A stretch of 64,000 nucleotides of DNA from Styela clava (GCF_964204865.1 NC_135251.1:20522001-20586000), one strand, 5' to 3'. Positions 37,038 to 50,932 are shown, counted from the stretch's first letter. Notes: generated by a model from the sequence alone, not told the origin. Numbers and translations are program-made.

Positions 37038-39051
37038 GCAGATTGCAGCAATCACCACTGTTCCAATTCCCCTATACTATAATTTTGAAACAACGTGCTA
37101 ACCGTCTCAGTGATGAAGATGCTCTGACCTTTTGCATTTGCACTATTGATTGTATCCTCCCAGTCTGAAGTTTATGGCATAGCTTTGAAATTTCATATTA
37201 TTACAAGAAGCTCAAATATTTTAGACTGGGATCTATTATTATACATCTTATTATATATATATAAAAACAAATCATGGACGCTCTATATGTTATTCCTAAA
37301 CTCCATAGAAACGAAGACAATATCTCTATCCAGTGAAGGGCTATACAGATAAATAAAACTTACTCATTTATACTACTGAAGCGTCGCCGCTTGTGCAGTC
37401 AACGACCCTGGCTGGATATGAGAACAGATATTCATCCTGTCCAAATGTATTGACTTTGAATTTTGACAGCAAAATTGCTGAATAAATGAGGTAAAAATGG
37501 ATTTTTGTTGCCGTAACCCGCTACTGGTCGAAAATAATGTATTGCCAATCTTAGCATGACACACAAAAAGACTTTATCGTACTGTCACAAGCTACAGCCA
37601 AGTATTATGAACTCTTAAGAAGTAACAGCGTTTGATAAAGGACTCTTTTACCATTTGGCAGGGTAGGCAGAAACTTGAAAGTCCTCAACATTCCATTTTT
37701 AGGTCCTTAAATTATAAAGCAGTTTTCAGTCTGCCGGGGGTGCAAATCTACATTCAAATTTGAAAATCTATCTCTACTATTGTATGTATATTAAATAAAT
37801 ATACTCAAATACACTGGTCTGATTTGATCATATATGGAGTGTGTTTCACATGTGCTCTGTGACATATTTTATGATGACTTCAAATCTACAAATCAATTTC
37901 ACAGCGCTATCTCGAGCGACTGGAATGGATGAAAACTACTATTGTAAAGGATTGTTCCATAACATACCCTTTAAAAAGGTTAAACATTGAAGAAGAATAA
38001 ATGAATTTGTCTAAATGTGGAGGACTCCATACCTTGAATATGCCAATTTCAATGTCCTGTTAATCATGGGAAAACCTTATGGGCATGAAATGGACATATG
38101 TCTTGTTTTGTTATTATGTTGTAATCGCTTTCTCTTCAACTACTGGACCTATTAATCCGAAATGTTCAGTGGTTAAAGCTTGTTGTTGTCGCTAGATCAT
38201 TTCGATCATTTTTTTCCACTTCGACTATTGGTACTCATAAAGATTTGATACTATTTCGTTTTGGCTTTCATTTCCATATACTTGAGCATTTTTCTCTTGT
38301 ATTACACGGGGAATAATGAGCTCCAAGTTATGTTGCCAATTAGATTTCAATGCATAAACATTATCCACATAGAAGAAAGCTAACCTGAATAAATACGTGA
38401 ATTCTACTCCGATTCAGTGCAAATGTTTGAAACTGCGGAATTAACGCCTTTGGTTATGTGTTTTGCTGAAAACTCTTTAATTATTAGCACTTTGATCCCA
38501 AGCTAAATACATTTTGTAGACATATCTGTACACTGTGCGTGCCATAAATTTGAATACAATAGGCCGATAAAACGCTCCACTAAACGGACCGACCATAATG
38601 TCTCCAGAAGCGTAATAATGATTTCTCGAGAAATTCAGTATCACAAAACCAAATTACAGTGCTTTTTGTAGGTAATAGAAGTGAAGAATGAAGTTATCAC
38701 AGACTGTTTGTCTTGTAAAGAAAACTATGTGAATTTATAACATCTTATGGAGGAATTACAGTGTTTTGCGGAGTAGAATATATTTAATGAAACAAACCAT
38801 TGTAAACATTGCAACAAAAAAGGTACATTTCAAAAGGGGAGATTCATTTACATAATTGGACGAGCATGGATCAGAAAAAATAACTCCTGTCCGCTTGAGT
38901 GAAGTAGTTTATGGCAGTTGTCACTCGAACGATGAGTCCTTTAGACAAAATCCTGAAACACTTCCATGGAAACCGGTTTTAATAGTACGCAGCAGGCCTG
39001 GAAAACTGATTAAAATTGTCCCATCCATAGACAGAAACGAAAAATAAACTT

Positions 39052-42000
39052 TTATCGGCCCTTCTTTTTCGGCTTTGGTGCATTTTCCAACCCCTTTAAA
39101 TATTTCCTTGGTATTTTATATTCAGATCCAGTAAGCAAAGATTCAACTAATGATACTTGGTTGCCTTGTATTAAAACCTGAAAGTTGTACGTATAAATAG
39201 TGAACTTTTGTCTATTAACATTTCTTACACAACAAAATATCTATAAGCATATCCCACCGCTTTCTCCTTGGCTAGAATCACACAACATTGGCAAGTTATA
39301 ACAGTTTATGGTAGTGAAGGATGTGAGGTAGGGCAAGAAGACTTAATATCATCTGCTAATGCTTGATAGTAGAAGTCTCAATCTCAACTCCAGACTACTT
39401 CAAAGTTAGAAAAATAGGAATGAGAATATGGTCCACTCCTTAATGATTCACTTTCAACTATGTTATACTGGGTGTGGTACCAGAGTATTTTAGGTTTACT
39501 CATCATTAGTTACAAGACTCCTACCTGTTGTAAATTTTTATTTGATGCTCCAGATGTTACAGGAGATATCGAAGTACTTGCTTGGGCTTTCCTCCTCATT
39601 AAATCAGCAAACTGTTGAGGTTCAATTAAGAAACTTTCAAGATTTTCTACAATGGTCACCTGCAACAATATAAATGGTAATTATCTTACAGCTTATTTAC
39701 CGGGTCCGCAATGTGGCGCATTGGGCTAAGTGTTAGGAATACGCTCGCCATCACACCTCTGATTACCCCGCATGGGTTTGCAGGTTCGAATTCCACGTGG
39801 AGTTGATGAAGAGCGAGAGGATTGCGGGACTCCTCGACAATGTAGGGTGGTTCACATAATCGCTGGTCGGTCACAGCTTTCTCCACCATCAAGGCAATGC
39901 TTCCGAAAACAAATAACTGGCCAACCAATCTCATACCGACATGGACTGGTAACTGGACAAGGGCCATGGTTCACCATATTATTAGGCCGTACTATCGCTT
40001 TCCTCTCCCTGGAATAAACATGTTAATCCTATCCGACCAATCCAACAAGCACAATCTCACCCATTCACACTCCTATTTTTGTTATTGAATGTTAAAAAAA
40101 TACCTTTTTATTACTTGCTCGTTGTTGCACTATTAATTTAATACTTGGTGGTCCACCAGTCCTTATAATTGGAGCCATTCCTTTAAATTTCAGTTGATGA
40201 CATGCTTGCAGCTTTGATATAACTCTAAAAAGTATAATTCATGGAACTGCAAGAGATTAAAAAAAAACTTGAGCAAAAAGACTATGGGATCAATAATGTT
40301 GATATTTTGAATATGAGAGAATTTTTTGGGAAACTTCACTAGCATCAACAAGATGAATCATTTCAAATTTTAATTACAGAGGAAATTGAAAATACTAAAC
40401 TATTAGCCTACTACGTGGAAACATCCACACTCTACAACGTATTACAAATGACACAAATTGTCAGTCTTCCGCATTTTTTCTACAAAATTGAACAAAAAAT
40501 AAAATTTACTAACTTTTTAAAAATATCTTCCCAAGTGGCTTCAAGTATATTATGTCCACCTTTGTCATACATTGCTCGATGCAGCAAGGGGTCAAGGGTC
40601 ACCATTCTAGGATTACTGACTTTCGTGAGGTCGTGTTGTCGAATATATTTAGTAATATTTTCACGAATTTCAGAAAGTGTCATTGGAGAACCCTGAATAA
40701 TGATAATAGAAATTTGAAAGACAACTGCAATGGACAAATAACATCCCCATGTATGAATAGACCAAGAGAAGTAGAGACAGAACTCTGAAATATGATATTC
40801 TTAAAGCCTTTCTGGGAGACACTTTTAACATCAACCATCAGTTGAACTGTTTTCAATCGCAAAAGTCGCAGTAAGAACATAAGATCTGATGATAATCTGA
40901 TTTTTCCTGATGACAGAGAAATCATTAGATACCACTGAAAAGAAGACTTTAATTCATTCAAGTACACATTAGGAGGTAAACAGCTTAGTTGAAGCGAATA
41001 ACACAATGAGTAAGTTTTTGAACAAAAGCATTCAAGGAATCATTTCCATTCAGCTGTGTATTTTTTGCCAACTTTACAAAATGTGCAATGCTACAAAATA
41101 ACGTTACAGTCAGGGCTGGGGAGCTGGTTCGAAATCATGATGGCTCCGGCTCCAGCGTCGCAGTCTATTCAATCTTTAGCTCCAACTCCGGAGCTTCATT
41201 TTTTTATGCCGGAGCTGGCTCCAGCTCCGGCTCCATAGCCATTATCAGTAGTGCAGCCCAATAACGCATTTTGCTAATTGTTTTCTAAGTGTGGCATGTT
41301 ATTTAGGCTGTAAACACCCTTCAAGTCGGTGTCATGATAATTCCTTTTTGCTCCTGCATGTAACTTGTGAATCCACTGAGAGTTATTATATGCTGTATTT
41401 CTGGGCGAATTGGTCTACCCAGCATAGAAGGGTTTTACATATAACCCACCCCACAATAAGACAGGAAGGAAAATCGGCTTCTGGAATGGTCGCAGCGTTT
41501 GCGCATTCGGTAAAATAGCTCATAATGACTTTTTCTACCACATAATATTTAACCCATAATAACTGTCTTTTTATTTTAATTTAATTGTGTTCAACATAAC
41601 TGGCAATCATGCCGGCCAAATAAAATCTGTCGTGGGCCATTCTAAAGGAAAACTTATTGTTTTCTGTTTTATTTTTAGTATTTTATAACGTGCTTTTTAA
41701 TCAGGAAAATTTGGTTTGCGTATTGACTTCTTTATTTATCTTAGAATTTCATCACCGATTATTATGTAATAACTCGTTTTCTCACAAATATGGTGAGCGA
41801 CACAAAACATATGTCTTGAAAAATTGTGATTAAGGAAAAAATAAACACTGAAATAAAAGATGTTATGGCCTAATGTTTATGGCGACTAAAACAATTGACG
41901 CTTTTCACGAAATGCAACGCACATGTGATAGTAACGACAATAGCCCTTCAACTCATGCTAATTTAAACTGGCCTGACGGGGAGGCAGTATTTTATGGTCC

Positions 42001-45000
42001 AAATTGAATAAGCAGACCCAAAATAATGGAAATTACCGTCGTCACCCAATTAGATGCCGTCCCCCTCTCCCAAATCAGGCCAAAAGTTGGTTCTAGAATC
42101 GAGGCATTTCATAATCATCAGCGATGAGATGTTAAAGATAAATTCGCAAAAATCAATTCGCAAGCCGAATTTCCACATTGGAGAGTTATTATAAGATACT
42201 AAAATGAAACGGAAAACAGTAAAACACTATAAACTTTGTTCTAGGAGACTCCCAACAGCTAAAAAAAAATGCCTTGTTAATCTCATTATTTTTTTTGCCT
42301 ACGTCATATTATTTACCGGTTGACTTTGAAAATTATACAGTCACTAAAATAAATCTAAACGCAATCAATCTTACTCGCGATATACTTTTTATATATTCAA
42401 AAAATAACAACAGAAATCGATGAGACTTTTCTCCAGAACATGCTATGTTATGGATCAAAACAAGATATATTGGGGCACTTTGCCATACATTTTTATGCCA
42501 GGTGACTGCTGCGGATCATTTTGGAGTAATTAAACCTTTCTTTTGTCGAAAAACGACTCAATCTCGAGATCCGTTGAACAGAATTGAAGACATTTGAAAT
42601 GGATTGGATATTCAACGCCACGAAAAAATCATAATATGTTACACGGAAATTCCAAAATCACTTCTTCGAAAATCCCTGGCCTTTAGGGTTTTTGAGATTG
42701 ACCGCAATCATGAAAAATTGCAGCTTAGTGGAAATGAGAATCAAAATTTTGATAAAAGTGAACCGCTTCAAATTTTGATACTAAACTTTCAAACATACAG
42801 AATAGCTGGAAACTTTTTGAAAAATATTAAGAACTAAAACTTTTAAAATGAATTATAAGCTGAAAAGAAAAGAATTTATCATTTGTAACGTTATCAGAAA
42901 AAAATTATAAATTTGAAAAACAAAAAATGAGATATTTAGGAGCTGGAGCCTGGAGCCACTAAATTTTTGGCAGCTCCAGCTCCGGCTCCAGCTCCATCTG
43001 TTATGAAAAGCTTGGCTCCAACTCCGACTCCATCAAAATGTAACGGCTCCATGGCTCCAGGCTCCGACTCCCCAGCCCTGGTTACAGTAATAACGTTTTT
43101 TATTTTTCAATGTGTTAACAATGCGAGCATGGTTGTTCAGGTATTTTTGAATGTAAATGTTAACAATGGGCCAGAAGTGCTTTGGTCGAAAGGTTTGAGA
43201 TTTTATATACAAGGTACTTTTATGCAGTAATATTGCCTACCTTTTTATAACCTAACTCGGAGAATAAAGGTACTGTCACAGCTGAAACACAATGTATGAC
43301 TGATATTTCAGGAGGTTCATACTGCTTCTGTGTTACTATTCCAAATGATGACACTGTGTTAGCTTCTGGTTCTTCTTTATCATCTGTAGATTCTGTGGCT
43401 GGAGGTTTGAATGATCTTAAACTGAGGGTACAAAAACAATAAATTTGAATAAATAAATGTATGTTAATTAACAGGTACTTAAGTTGAAAAAATCTCTATT
43501 TGGGAATGAAGATATCGAGTGTTCTTGCAAAATTGACCTTGAAACTTTCATCCCACTGAACTGCATCAGAAACTGTCAAGGTCAGTCGGGATTCCGAGGA
43601 AGCATTACATACAGAAGGCATTACATACAGGACACAACTACACAAACTGCATATTTGACACTTTGCCAATTTTATATCTTCCGCTTACTTTTTGGTTATG
43701 TTGAAACTATAAGTACACATACAATCAATTTGCTGCATGATAAATTTTAATAATCAACATTGGGGAAAACTACAGAAAAATAATTTATAGCTTAACAGCA
43801 TGTATATAGTTAGTTATATAATATACCGGTAATTCACATTCGTAAAGCCATAGCATTAATTTAGCAAGTGGATCGCTCTACATAATTATTGAATATACTT
43901 ACTCAGGATGTGCCCTGGTTACTGATATAATATTATCATTTCCTTTACTTAATTCTTTTACTTGAATTAATCCTGTAGATTCAATATGCTTTAAATACCT
44001 GTATTCAAGGAAAACAATTGAGAATTGAGATAATAATGTAATCGATTTTATATAGTAGATGACTAGATGTAAGGTTGAAAGAGCTTGAAGACTTAAACGA
44101 GGTGTGTAAGCATTTGTAATATTACGATTCAAACCTCATTATGTTTTGATCAATGTGTTTTGGCCAAATTCAATCATTTTATGATATTCCTTCCAGTGGC
44201 GATAAGTCAAATTTTGTCTTGTTCGGAGTAACCATTTATCAAGTGCCTACTGTTAGTCTGTCTGAAAAAACACCATATTAATTTTAGTATCCTTGTATCT
44301 ATTTACTTTTAAGATCACTAGATTTTTCATTGATTGAATAAAACAATTATCTTCAAATCTGAATGATCAATAATCATACTTGCTCAATTTCTTGTAACTT
44401 GATTTCTTAATGTCTAGAAACTGATTTCCTGGGCAACACTGAAGAACATGAGTTCTGTAATAAAAAACAAAGCATGAGCCTTCACCAGCCTCAGTGTACA
44501 ACAAAACCTAGCATAAGACGATAATAAAACTTTGTGAATCGAATGAAATTTGCCAAATTCCAGATTAAAAAATTTCCCATTCATTCATAATGAAATTTGG
44601 AACCGACATTATATCGAGTACGCTTCAGTAATAAGGATTGCAAGGATATTTACTACATTAAAAAGGTACAATGATCATGATTAATAATTCTCAACACTGT
44701 CTATACTATACTACTGAACTACTTTGATCTACCATATATTTCATATAAGAATTACCTCATCAGTGAATGGCAAAAAAAAGTTTGATCCTGTTAAAAATCA
44801 AGTGTTAATTTCACCTTGCCTGTAAAAAGTGCTTGTTAATATAGGAAGTTCTGAATCTTTTAATTTCTGCTTCAGAGCAGTCATGAAACAATGATGTAAT
44901 AGTTCATCCATTATTTCAATTTGAGATCTTGGATCTTCCTCTTCTTCTAAATTTTCCTCAACTTTTTGACAATCCTCCAAAGTCATTGATGCCACATTTT

Positions 45001-47318
45001 CTATATTTGAATCGTCAAAATTTTCGTTTTCTATTTTCGATTCAGAGCCATTTTCAAAATGATCCACTTCCACCTGAAAATTTTCAGAAACAAGTGGAAA
45101 TTCTCCACCTAATTCCATAGGAATTTTTGGTGGCTGTTCCTTATCTCCGGCCATCCATAAGTGATCACCAAATGTATGCATTATCTTGATACCCTTTCCT
45201 TTCATACCTGTTATAAATGGAAAATAGTGAGATATTTTGTAATGGGTACATGTACCATTTCTACAGCAGTTCTAATCAATTCAATCAAACCATTACAACG
45301 GCAGTAAATGGATCAGAAATCAAAGCCAAACTAGTACAACGACTGGTATCTTTTCTTGACGAATGTATTGAAAGATATATAACAATTAGTACCAAATACT
45401 AGGGAATACCGAAACACCAGTAATATCAGCCCTCATCAATGTTGTTAGCAATACAGATATTATATAAGTAGATATTTAAAAAGTAAGTGGATCGAACCTT
45501 TGAAATTAAATACGGGTAATAAATATATTCAATACAAAAAACATGGGTATAATACCTGCCAACTCCACCATATCTTTGCTTGATAGAAGAGCATATCCTA
45601 CGGCTAATGGTGCCTTATTTCCCAATACATTCACTGCAACAACTTGCCCTTTTTGTACTTTAGGTAAACCAGATGAAGGAATAATAATACCGGGAAGCAT
45701 CAAATCTGAAATACAAATGGTGTGTTTTATTAATACAAGAACAGAAGTAAGCTTTCAGTTCTTTTGATTAATTAGTTTTAAGTCCAAATTCATCATCTAC
45801 TATTCAAGTATAATCAATGATTTCATGTTCACTGATGTTAAAATGCCAGTTTTTTTTTATATGATACGAACAAATAATAATCCATCAGGATCAATGAAAT
45901 TATCCAAATCATAATAGGAACAAGACTTTGTTGAAGTAATAGAGTGATTCTAGAAGTCATTTTACTAATACATACTTCCAAAAAAAGGGCAGTGGAGTTT
46001 GGCTTATTTTATTGATATTGAATACTGAGTCATATTTCAAAATTCCCAAAAGTCAGTGAAAAGTCTTCTAGTTCGAATGATGGAAATTGGAATAAAAAAT
46101 ATTTGACAAAAAACTATAAAAGTATGAAGTTGACTGGGCATGCTCAACTGACAATCAGATATTGTTTGCATATGCCAAATTTTTTTTATTGAAAACTGGG
46201 TTTTCTCAGAGATCGGGAAATAGTCAGAGTTTTAGAGGTCAAGTCTGGAGTCAAACACAAGATTAATTAGCTGACTTACCTGCTCCTGCAAACAACCTTT
46301 CAAACACTGGAGGTTGAGTTGTGAAGCATGGTAGCAGGGTAGGAAACCTCCAAGCTGTATATACTGTTGGGTACAAAATATGTTCATGCTCGAATACGAT
46401 GGGACTTTTCTTGAGGCAGTATACCAAAATATTTTCACCCCTGCAAAAAGGATGTAATTATTTTACATAGGAAAAATTAAGAATATAATAATGAATTCAC
46501 AATGATAGTAGGCTATATCATCTATCAGTGATGCTTCTCCGTCGCTGCTGATAAGGGTTTATTATATCACATTCATAAACAATAACTAATTCTACAAGAG
46601 GAGTCAATGTAAAAACGTATAAAAGTGATTCAAGCGCACTCCAATGAAATTGTATTTTTGTAATTGTATTCTCAAGTTAATGCATCTGAAACAAATAACT
46701 GGCCAACCAATCCCATACCCGACCTCGACTGGTAACCAGACGAGAGGCCGTAAGTATAGTTTTATCTGTTTTCTTCTCCCCCCAGGATAAATATGTAAAT
46801 CCCAACCAAACATTTCTTCTGACCAAAGGGCTGCGTTAGGTTTTAGCTACGTTATTGCAGATAAACAATTCAATTATATAGTTCTCAGAACCTGGTGTAG
46901 AGATGAGAAAGAAAGAATATTACACCAATGAAGCTTAAATTTATTAAAAAAAACTTTTAATAGCAGAATCGTTCATAATCTTGCTGCAATATATTTTAAC
47001 CTTTAGTTCAGTAAAATGTGAATAGATCGGTCTCATTGCTGTTATGCGTTCTTGATGTTAACCGATGTATAGAAATTTGATAAAAGCATATCGACCAAAT
47101 CTATGTAAAACAATGTTTGAGAGAACCATATCAAAATGCACTTACTTGTGGGAATATAATTTCATGACAGTCATTTCCTCTTTGTTTGGAACCAACTCTG
47201 ATAAATTTTCACTAGATATCCCTTCTCCAATTAATTTTGCCAAATCAGATCTTAGACGCTTCCTGTCAGATCCTTTAATAGCAACATTGGTTTTTGTTCG
47301 AAAAGGTTTAACAAACAT
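39052..47318 (-). CDS. EIF2D: Eukaryotic translation initiation factor 2D (ligatin); 11 exons: 47318-47146, 46440-46280, 45705-45556, 45207-44820, 44454-44380, 43998-43903, 43421-43241, 40692-40514, 40224-40104, 39659-39525, 39177-39052 (~594 aa)
   Basis: MFVKPFRTKTNVAIKGSDRKRLR, PUA domain GADLMLPG, GMKGKG..HTFGDHLW, LDIKKSSYKKLSK, VKELSKG, SWIB-like region, SUI1 NKKVTIVENLE..IQGNQ and terminal YKIPRKYLKGLE. Intron 4 is GC-AG. Confidence 0.94.
39701..40043 (+). mobile_element. tRNA-derived SINE family A, near full length (~340 bp), antisense in an EIF2D intron
   Basis: A-box-like TGGCGCATTGG, B-box GGTTCGAATTCC, and body and tail shared with five other copies in the window. Confidence 0.88.
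41111..43080. mobile_element. Non-autonomous hAT DNA transposon, 1970 bp, in EIF2D intron 7
   Basis: Perfect 13-bp TIR CAGGGCTGGGGAG / CTCCCCAGCCCTG; perfect 8-bp TSD GTTACAGT (41103-41110, 43081-43088); GGCTCC/AGCTCC subterminal arrays; no transposase ORF. Confidence 0.95.
46685..46805 (+). mobile_element. SINE family A, 3' fragment
   Basis: AAACAAATAACTGGCCAACCAATCCCATACC...GGATAAATATGTAAATCC matches the tail of the 39.7 kb copy. Confidence 0.8.
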
Positions 47319-48516
47319 GATTAAGAAAAAAAATTATTACGCTTTTAATAATACTGCAATAAATCTGAAATTTTTGAATATTAGAACAACAGATTGCAAT
47401 TGAAAACACTTTTCAGAAATCAAATAACAGGAAACAACAAACAATGTAATTTAACAAACAACATCATAGAAACGAAAAAAATAACATTCAATAGCTCCTG
47501 TCTATTTTAGTTCGTTTATTATTTTTGTTAAGAACACTATTTTTTAAATTTGGCACAGTACTATTATATAGGATGCATTATTATTGTCAATAGAAATGCT
47601 TTTCAAAATTAAATGTTTATATGGCCACATTTTTAACCTAAAATTATAGCAAAATAAAGAATATAAACATTTGGAAATAAATAATTTTCTAACAGGAAAT
47701 AACCAGAAACTGCAATGTTCACAATTAGTGTTATACAGATACAATGATTGCACCAATTAACTATAATGTCGAAAAAATTAGATATAAAATTGATTAAGTT
47801 AAAGAAAATTGACAGTTAAGAACTACAACTTTCAGATGAATTCTTTCACAGCAGGCCAAGTGTGTCGAAAAATAAGATATTATTAAAACGTTTCAATTAT
47901 AGTATCCAAATTCAAATTACAGACAGAATATTCACGATTGATCTCTTGTGCAAATACTATTAAAAAACTCGATATACAAGGTCTTATCCTAATACAGCCA
48001 TCTGTAGATTATAAGTTTACTGCATAAAACCAAAGTAATGAAAAAAAATGATTGATAAATAAATTTTTCTTAACATTTTGAGTACCATCAATCAAGAAAC
48101 TAATTTAAATAATAAATTTCTGACATCTTTATTAGTAGCTTCTTATATTGCATCAACATTACATTTAGAAATAAAAATTATTACACTAATTAGGCTTCCC
48201 GCTGCTTGTCAGCAGGGAACCTATTGTATTCCTGTGTTTTATTATTATTTATTTAGTATTATTATTTTTTCAAATTGATCCTACAAACTTGAAATTCACC
48301 TCAAATGTGCAGAAGTTCTCAGCTAGCAATAAAATGCAAATTTTATTTTACGCGGGAAGCCTGTTAAAGCTGCACGCAGCTCTAGTTTATCATATATTTA
48401 TTTGCTATTTTCGATATAAAAAAGCCAATTGCACGCTCCGAAAAAATTGCATTTTCCTAATTTATTGCATGTGAACATAAATTAATGTACTGACAATTAA
48501 TGTAGAAAAGTGGTTT

Positions 48517-49389
48517 TCAACCAAGAAAAGTTGACATAAACACTGAAGTTTTCAAATTCAGTGTTGAATGCCACCAACGATCAGGAAAATATAGAACATC
48601 GCCTGGTTTTATCGTGCATTCTAATGGTTTATTATCTTTTGTGAGTTTGGGATATTCATCCAAAACCCACCTCAACATATTCTGATCTGGATCAAATTTT
48701 GGCATTTTCTCATAAGGATACAAAAACCAACGTTTACTTCCATGAATGACTTCTGAAAAACCAGGTCCGTGAAAGTGAAAAGGTACGCCAGTCCCAGCCG
48801 CCGCAATACCAAAACTATATGCACCAGTTTTTTCAGGGAGACTGTAAGGTGGTTGCATATAAGTTTTAAAAATTTCATTCCACTCTGTATAATTGTTGTT
48901 TCCGAAAAAGTACAAAGTATCTTTGCCAAGTTTATTAACCGATTGGGGTTTTAAAATTCGTTCAATGTATTCTTTTAATGACATGTCAACTTTATCATAT
49001 GAATGTGTATTCGCAGTACTTAAAGTAATTGTATTATTTGCATATTTTTCCATTAGAGCCTTTCTTGAAGTCAGGCGCCGGAATTCTGTATTGTCACTGA
49101 CGCCAGTAAAAATGACTGGTCTATCAAAAGCATACTGCATCAGAAACATATCATTGGTTATGGAAGATACTTTATCAATGTTACAAATGCCTTCATCTAA
49201 ACCAAGAATGTTATCTTCATCATATTCTTCCCACTCATAAGCGCGGCCGTTAAAGCATGTTTCGTTCTCCCCACCGCCACTGGAGATACATTGTTGCGTC
49301 TCATGATTCACTGATGAGCACTCCACACTTTCGAAGTTCGCAAGAATTACACATACCCACAGAACACTGCAAATAATCTCTCCTCTCAT
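48517..49389 (-). CDS. JMJD8: JmjC domain-containing protein 8, single coding exon with signal peptide (~290 aa)
   Basis: LSTANTHSYDKVD, DTLYFFGNNN, SFGIAAAGTGVPFHFHGPG, KRWFLYP, YFPDRWWHSTLN and terminal FMSTFLG. Hydrophobic N-terminus from ATG 49389 (the ORF track starts at a TTG). Confidence 0.96.
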   Translation of the reverse strand: MRGEIICSVLWVCVILANFESVECSSVNHETQQCISSGGGENETCFNGRAYEWEEYDEDNILGLDEGICNIDKVSSITNDMFLMQYAFDRPVIFTGVSDNTEFRRLTSRKALMEKYANNTITLSTANTHSYDKVDMSLKEYIERILKPQSVNKLGKDTLYFFGNNNYTEWNEIFKTYMQPPYSLPEKTGAYSFGIAAAGTGVPFHFHGPGFSEVIHGSKRWFLYPYEKMPKFDPDQNMLRWVLDEYPKLTKDNKPLECTIKPGDVLYFPDRWWHSTLNLKTSVFMSTFLG

Positions 49390-49794
49390 CTCCGAAACAA
49401 TTGGGAATGCCTGCAAAACATCCAAACTTTTCTCGAATGTTGAATTTCACACGTGAATTATAACAGCTGTTATATCACTTCCCTATTATGCTCGACGGTT
49501 CCGCGTATTCATCCAATCCATCGAAACTCTATCATTTGAACAGTTCAAAGGTAAAATAAGATTGTGAGAAGTTTATTGAACTCTTCTGTCATCTACCGAT
49601 TCCTAAAAATAAAAAAATGCGAATGATATAAAAAAAAAAACACTCGTGGAGGTCGATAGATGATCTCGAAATGGGTATTCTGAGTTTTTGCGTAGTCAAT
49701 TGGTGATAATATATTATAATTGAATTGTAAATATCATTCCACTACTCAATTTTCTTGAGTCAAGATTTTATTACTATTTACAGCTGTTAGAATA

Positions 49795-50140
49795 CCGTGT
49801 TTCCCCGAAAATAATACCTAGTCTGAATTTGAAAATGATTTTAATATAAGCCCTCCCGTCAAAATAAGACCTAGTCGATAGCGCGAATTTTTTTTTTTTT
49901 GACCTTGTCGGTGGCAAGAAATCTTTTCTACACGTTTTAAATGATTAATCTAGTCATGGTATTTGTAAGTAATTGAATATCGGTTTTCAAATTTTGTATA
50001 TTTGAAATTTCGTCATTCTCTACTTTGTAATTTCGTTTTCGATAAATGAAAATAATAGACATCCCCCGAAAATAAGCCCTAGTGTTATTTTTCGAAAGAA
50101 AATTGAAACAAGACCCAGTCTTATTTTCGGGGAAACGCGG
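49795..50140. mobile_element. Tc1/mariner-pogo (Tigger-like) MITE
   Basis: TIR CCGTGTTTCCCCGAAAATAA / TTATTTTCGGGGAAACGCGG flanked by TA on both sides; internal AAAATAAG(A/C)CCTAG repeats. Confidence 0.9.
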
Positions 50141-50145
50141 TAGGA

Positions 50146-50471
50146 ACCAGTCCATGTCGGATTGGGGGAGCGAACCACCCAACCACACCGACGGCGGCGA
50201 GGAATCCAGCAATCCCCTGGCACATAATTAGCCCCCCCCCCCCCCACAGGATTCGAACCTGTGAGCCGAAGAGGGTAATGAGTAAACTGGTACATGTACT
50301 TCCACGTGTTTGAAACCTTTTTAGAGGTTTCGCCAATTTGTGTACATTGTTTTGTGTATGTTTTATAGATATGGTGTGTATCGGGGAAATCAAAATAAAC
50401 TTATGCTCGTAATAAGAGGTGCGATGGCAAGCGTATTCCTAAGGTTTAGCATGATGCGCCATACCGCCGAG
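50146..50471 (-). mobile_element. SINE family A copy interrupted by a 129-bp insertion (50280-50408)
   Basis: The head with A-box (50414-50471) and the B-box/body (50146-50279) are separated by foreign sequence with GTAAT on both sides. Confidence 0.75.
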
Positions 50472-50932
50472 ACTGTTATTGTAGTCATACGATTGCTTAT
50501 ATACAGGGCATGTAATCGATCCGGGAGCCTCGATAAATCCTATATATCCTGCATACTTATCAAGTATAAACAATGTTCAACCACTTACTGTTATAATATT
50601 TCCCATTCCCCGTTATTATCCCTACAATAAGAAGTTTAAACATGACTAGCGATTGACACATTTATGGATGTGCAGAAATTTAAAAATCCATTAGCCCAAT
50701 AGTTGTGGAGAAAGACAATTTTTATCTTCAACAACAATCACCCCAATAACAACAATAATTCAGCCAAACTATTCATTGATCCAGTATGTGTCCAATCAAT
50801 AATATTTTTTCAATGTCACAATAGCTCACTCAAAAAGTTTAAAAAAAAAGTCGTCAAGTGACGACTAATGTACCGAAAATTTTGGAAATGACAGTCCAAT
50901 CTTGGTATTTTCATAGTTAGAGTATTATGCGA

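Noticed and set aside
41056-43230. Ala-Pro-rich ORFs (41056-41238, 42967-43230)
   Set aside because: These are translations of the GGCTCC subterminal repeats of the hAT element.
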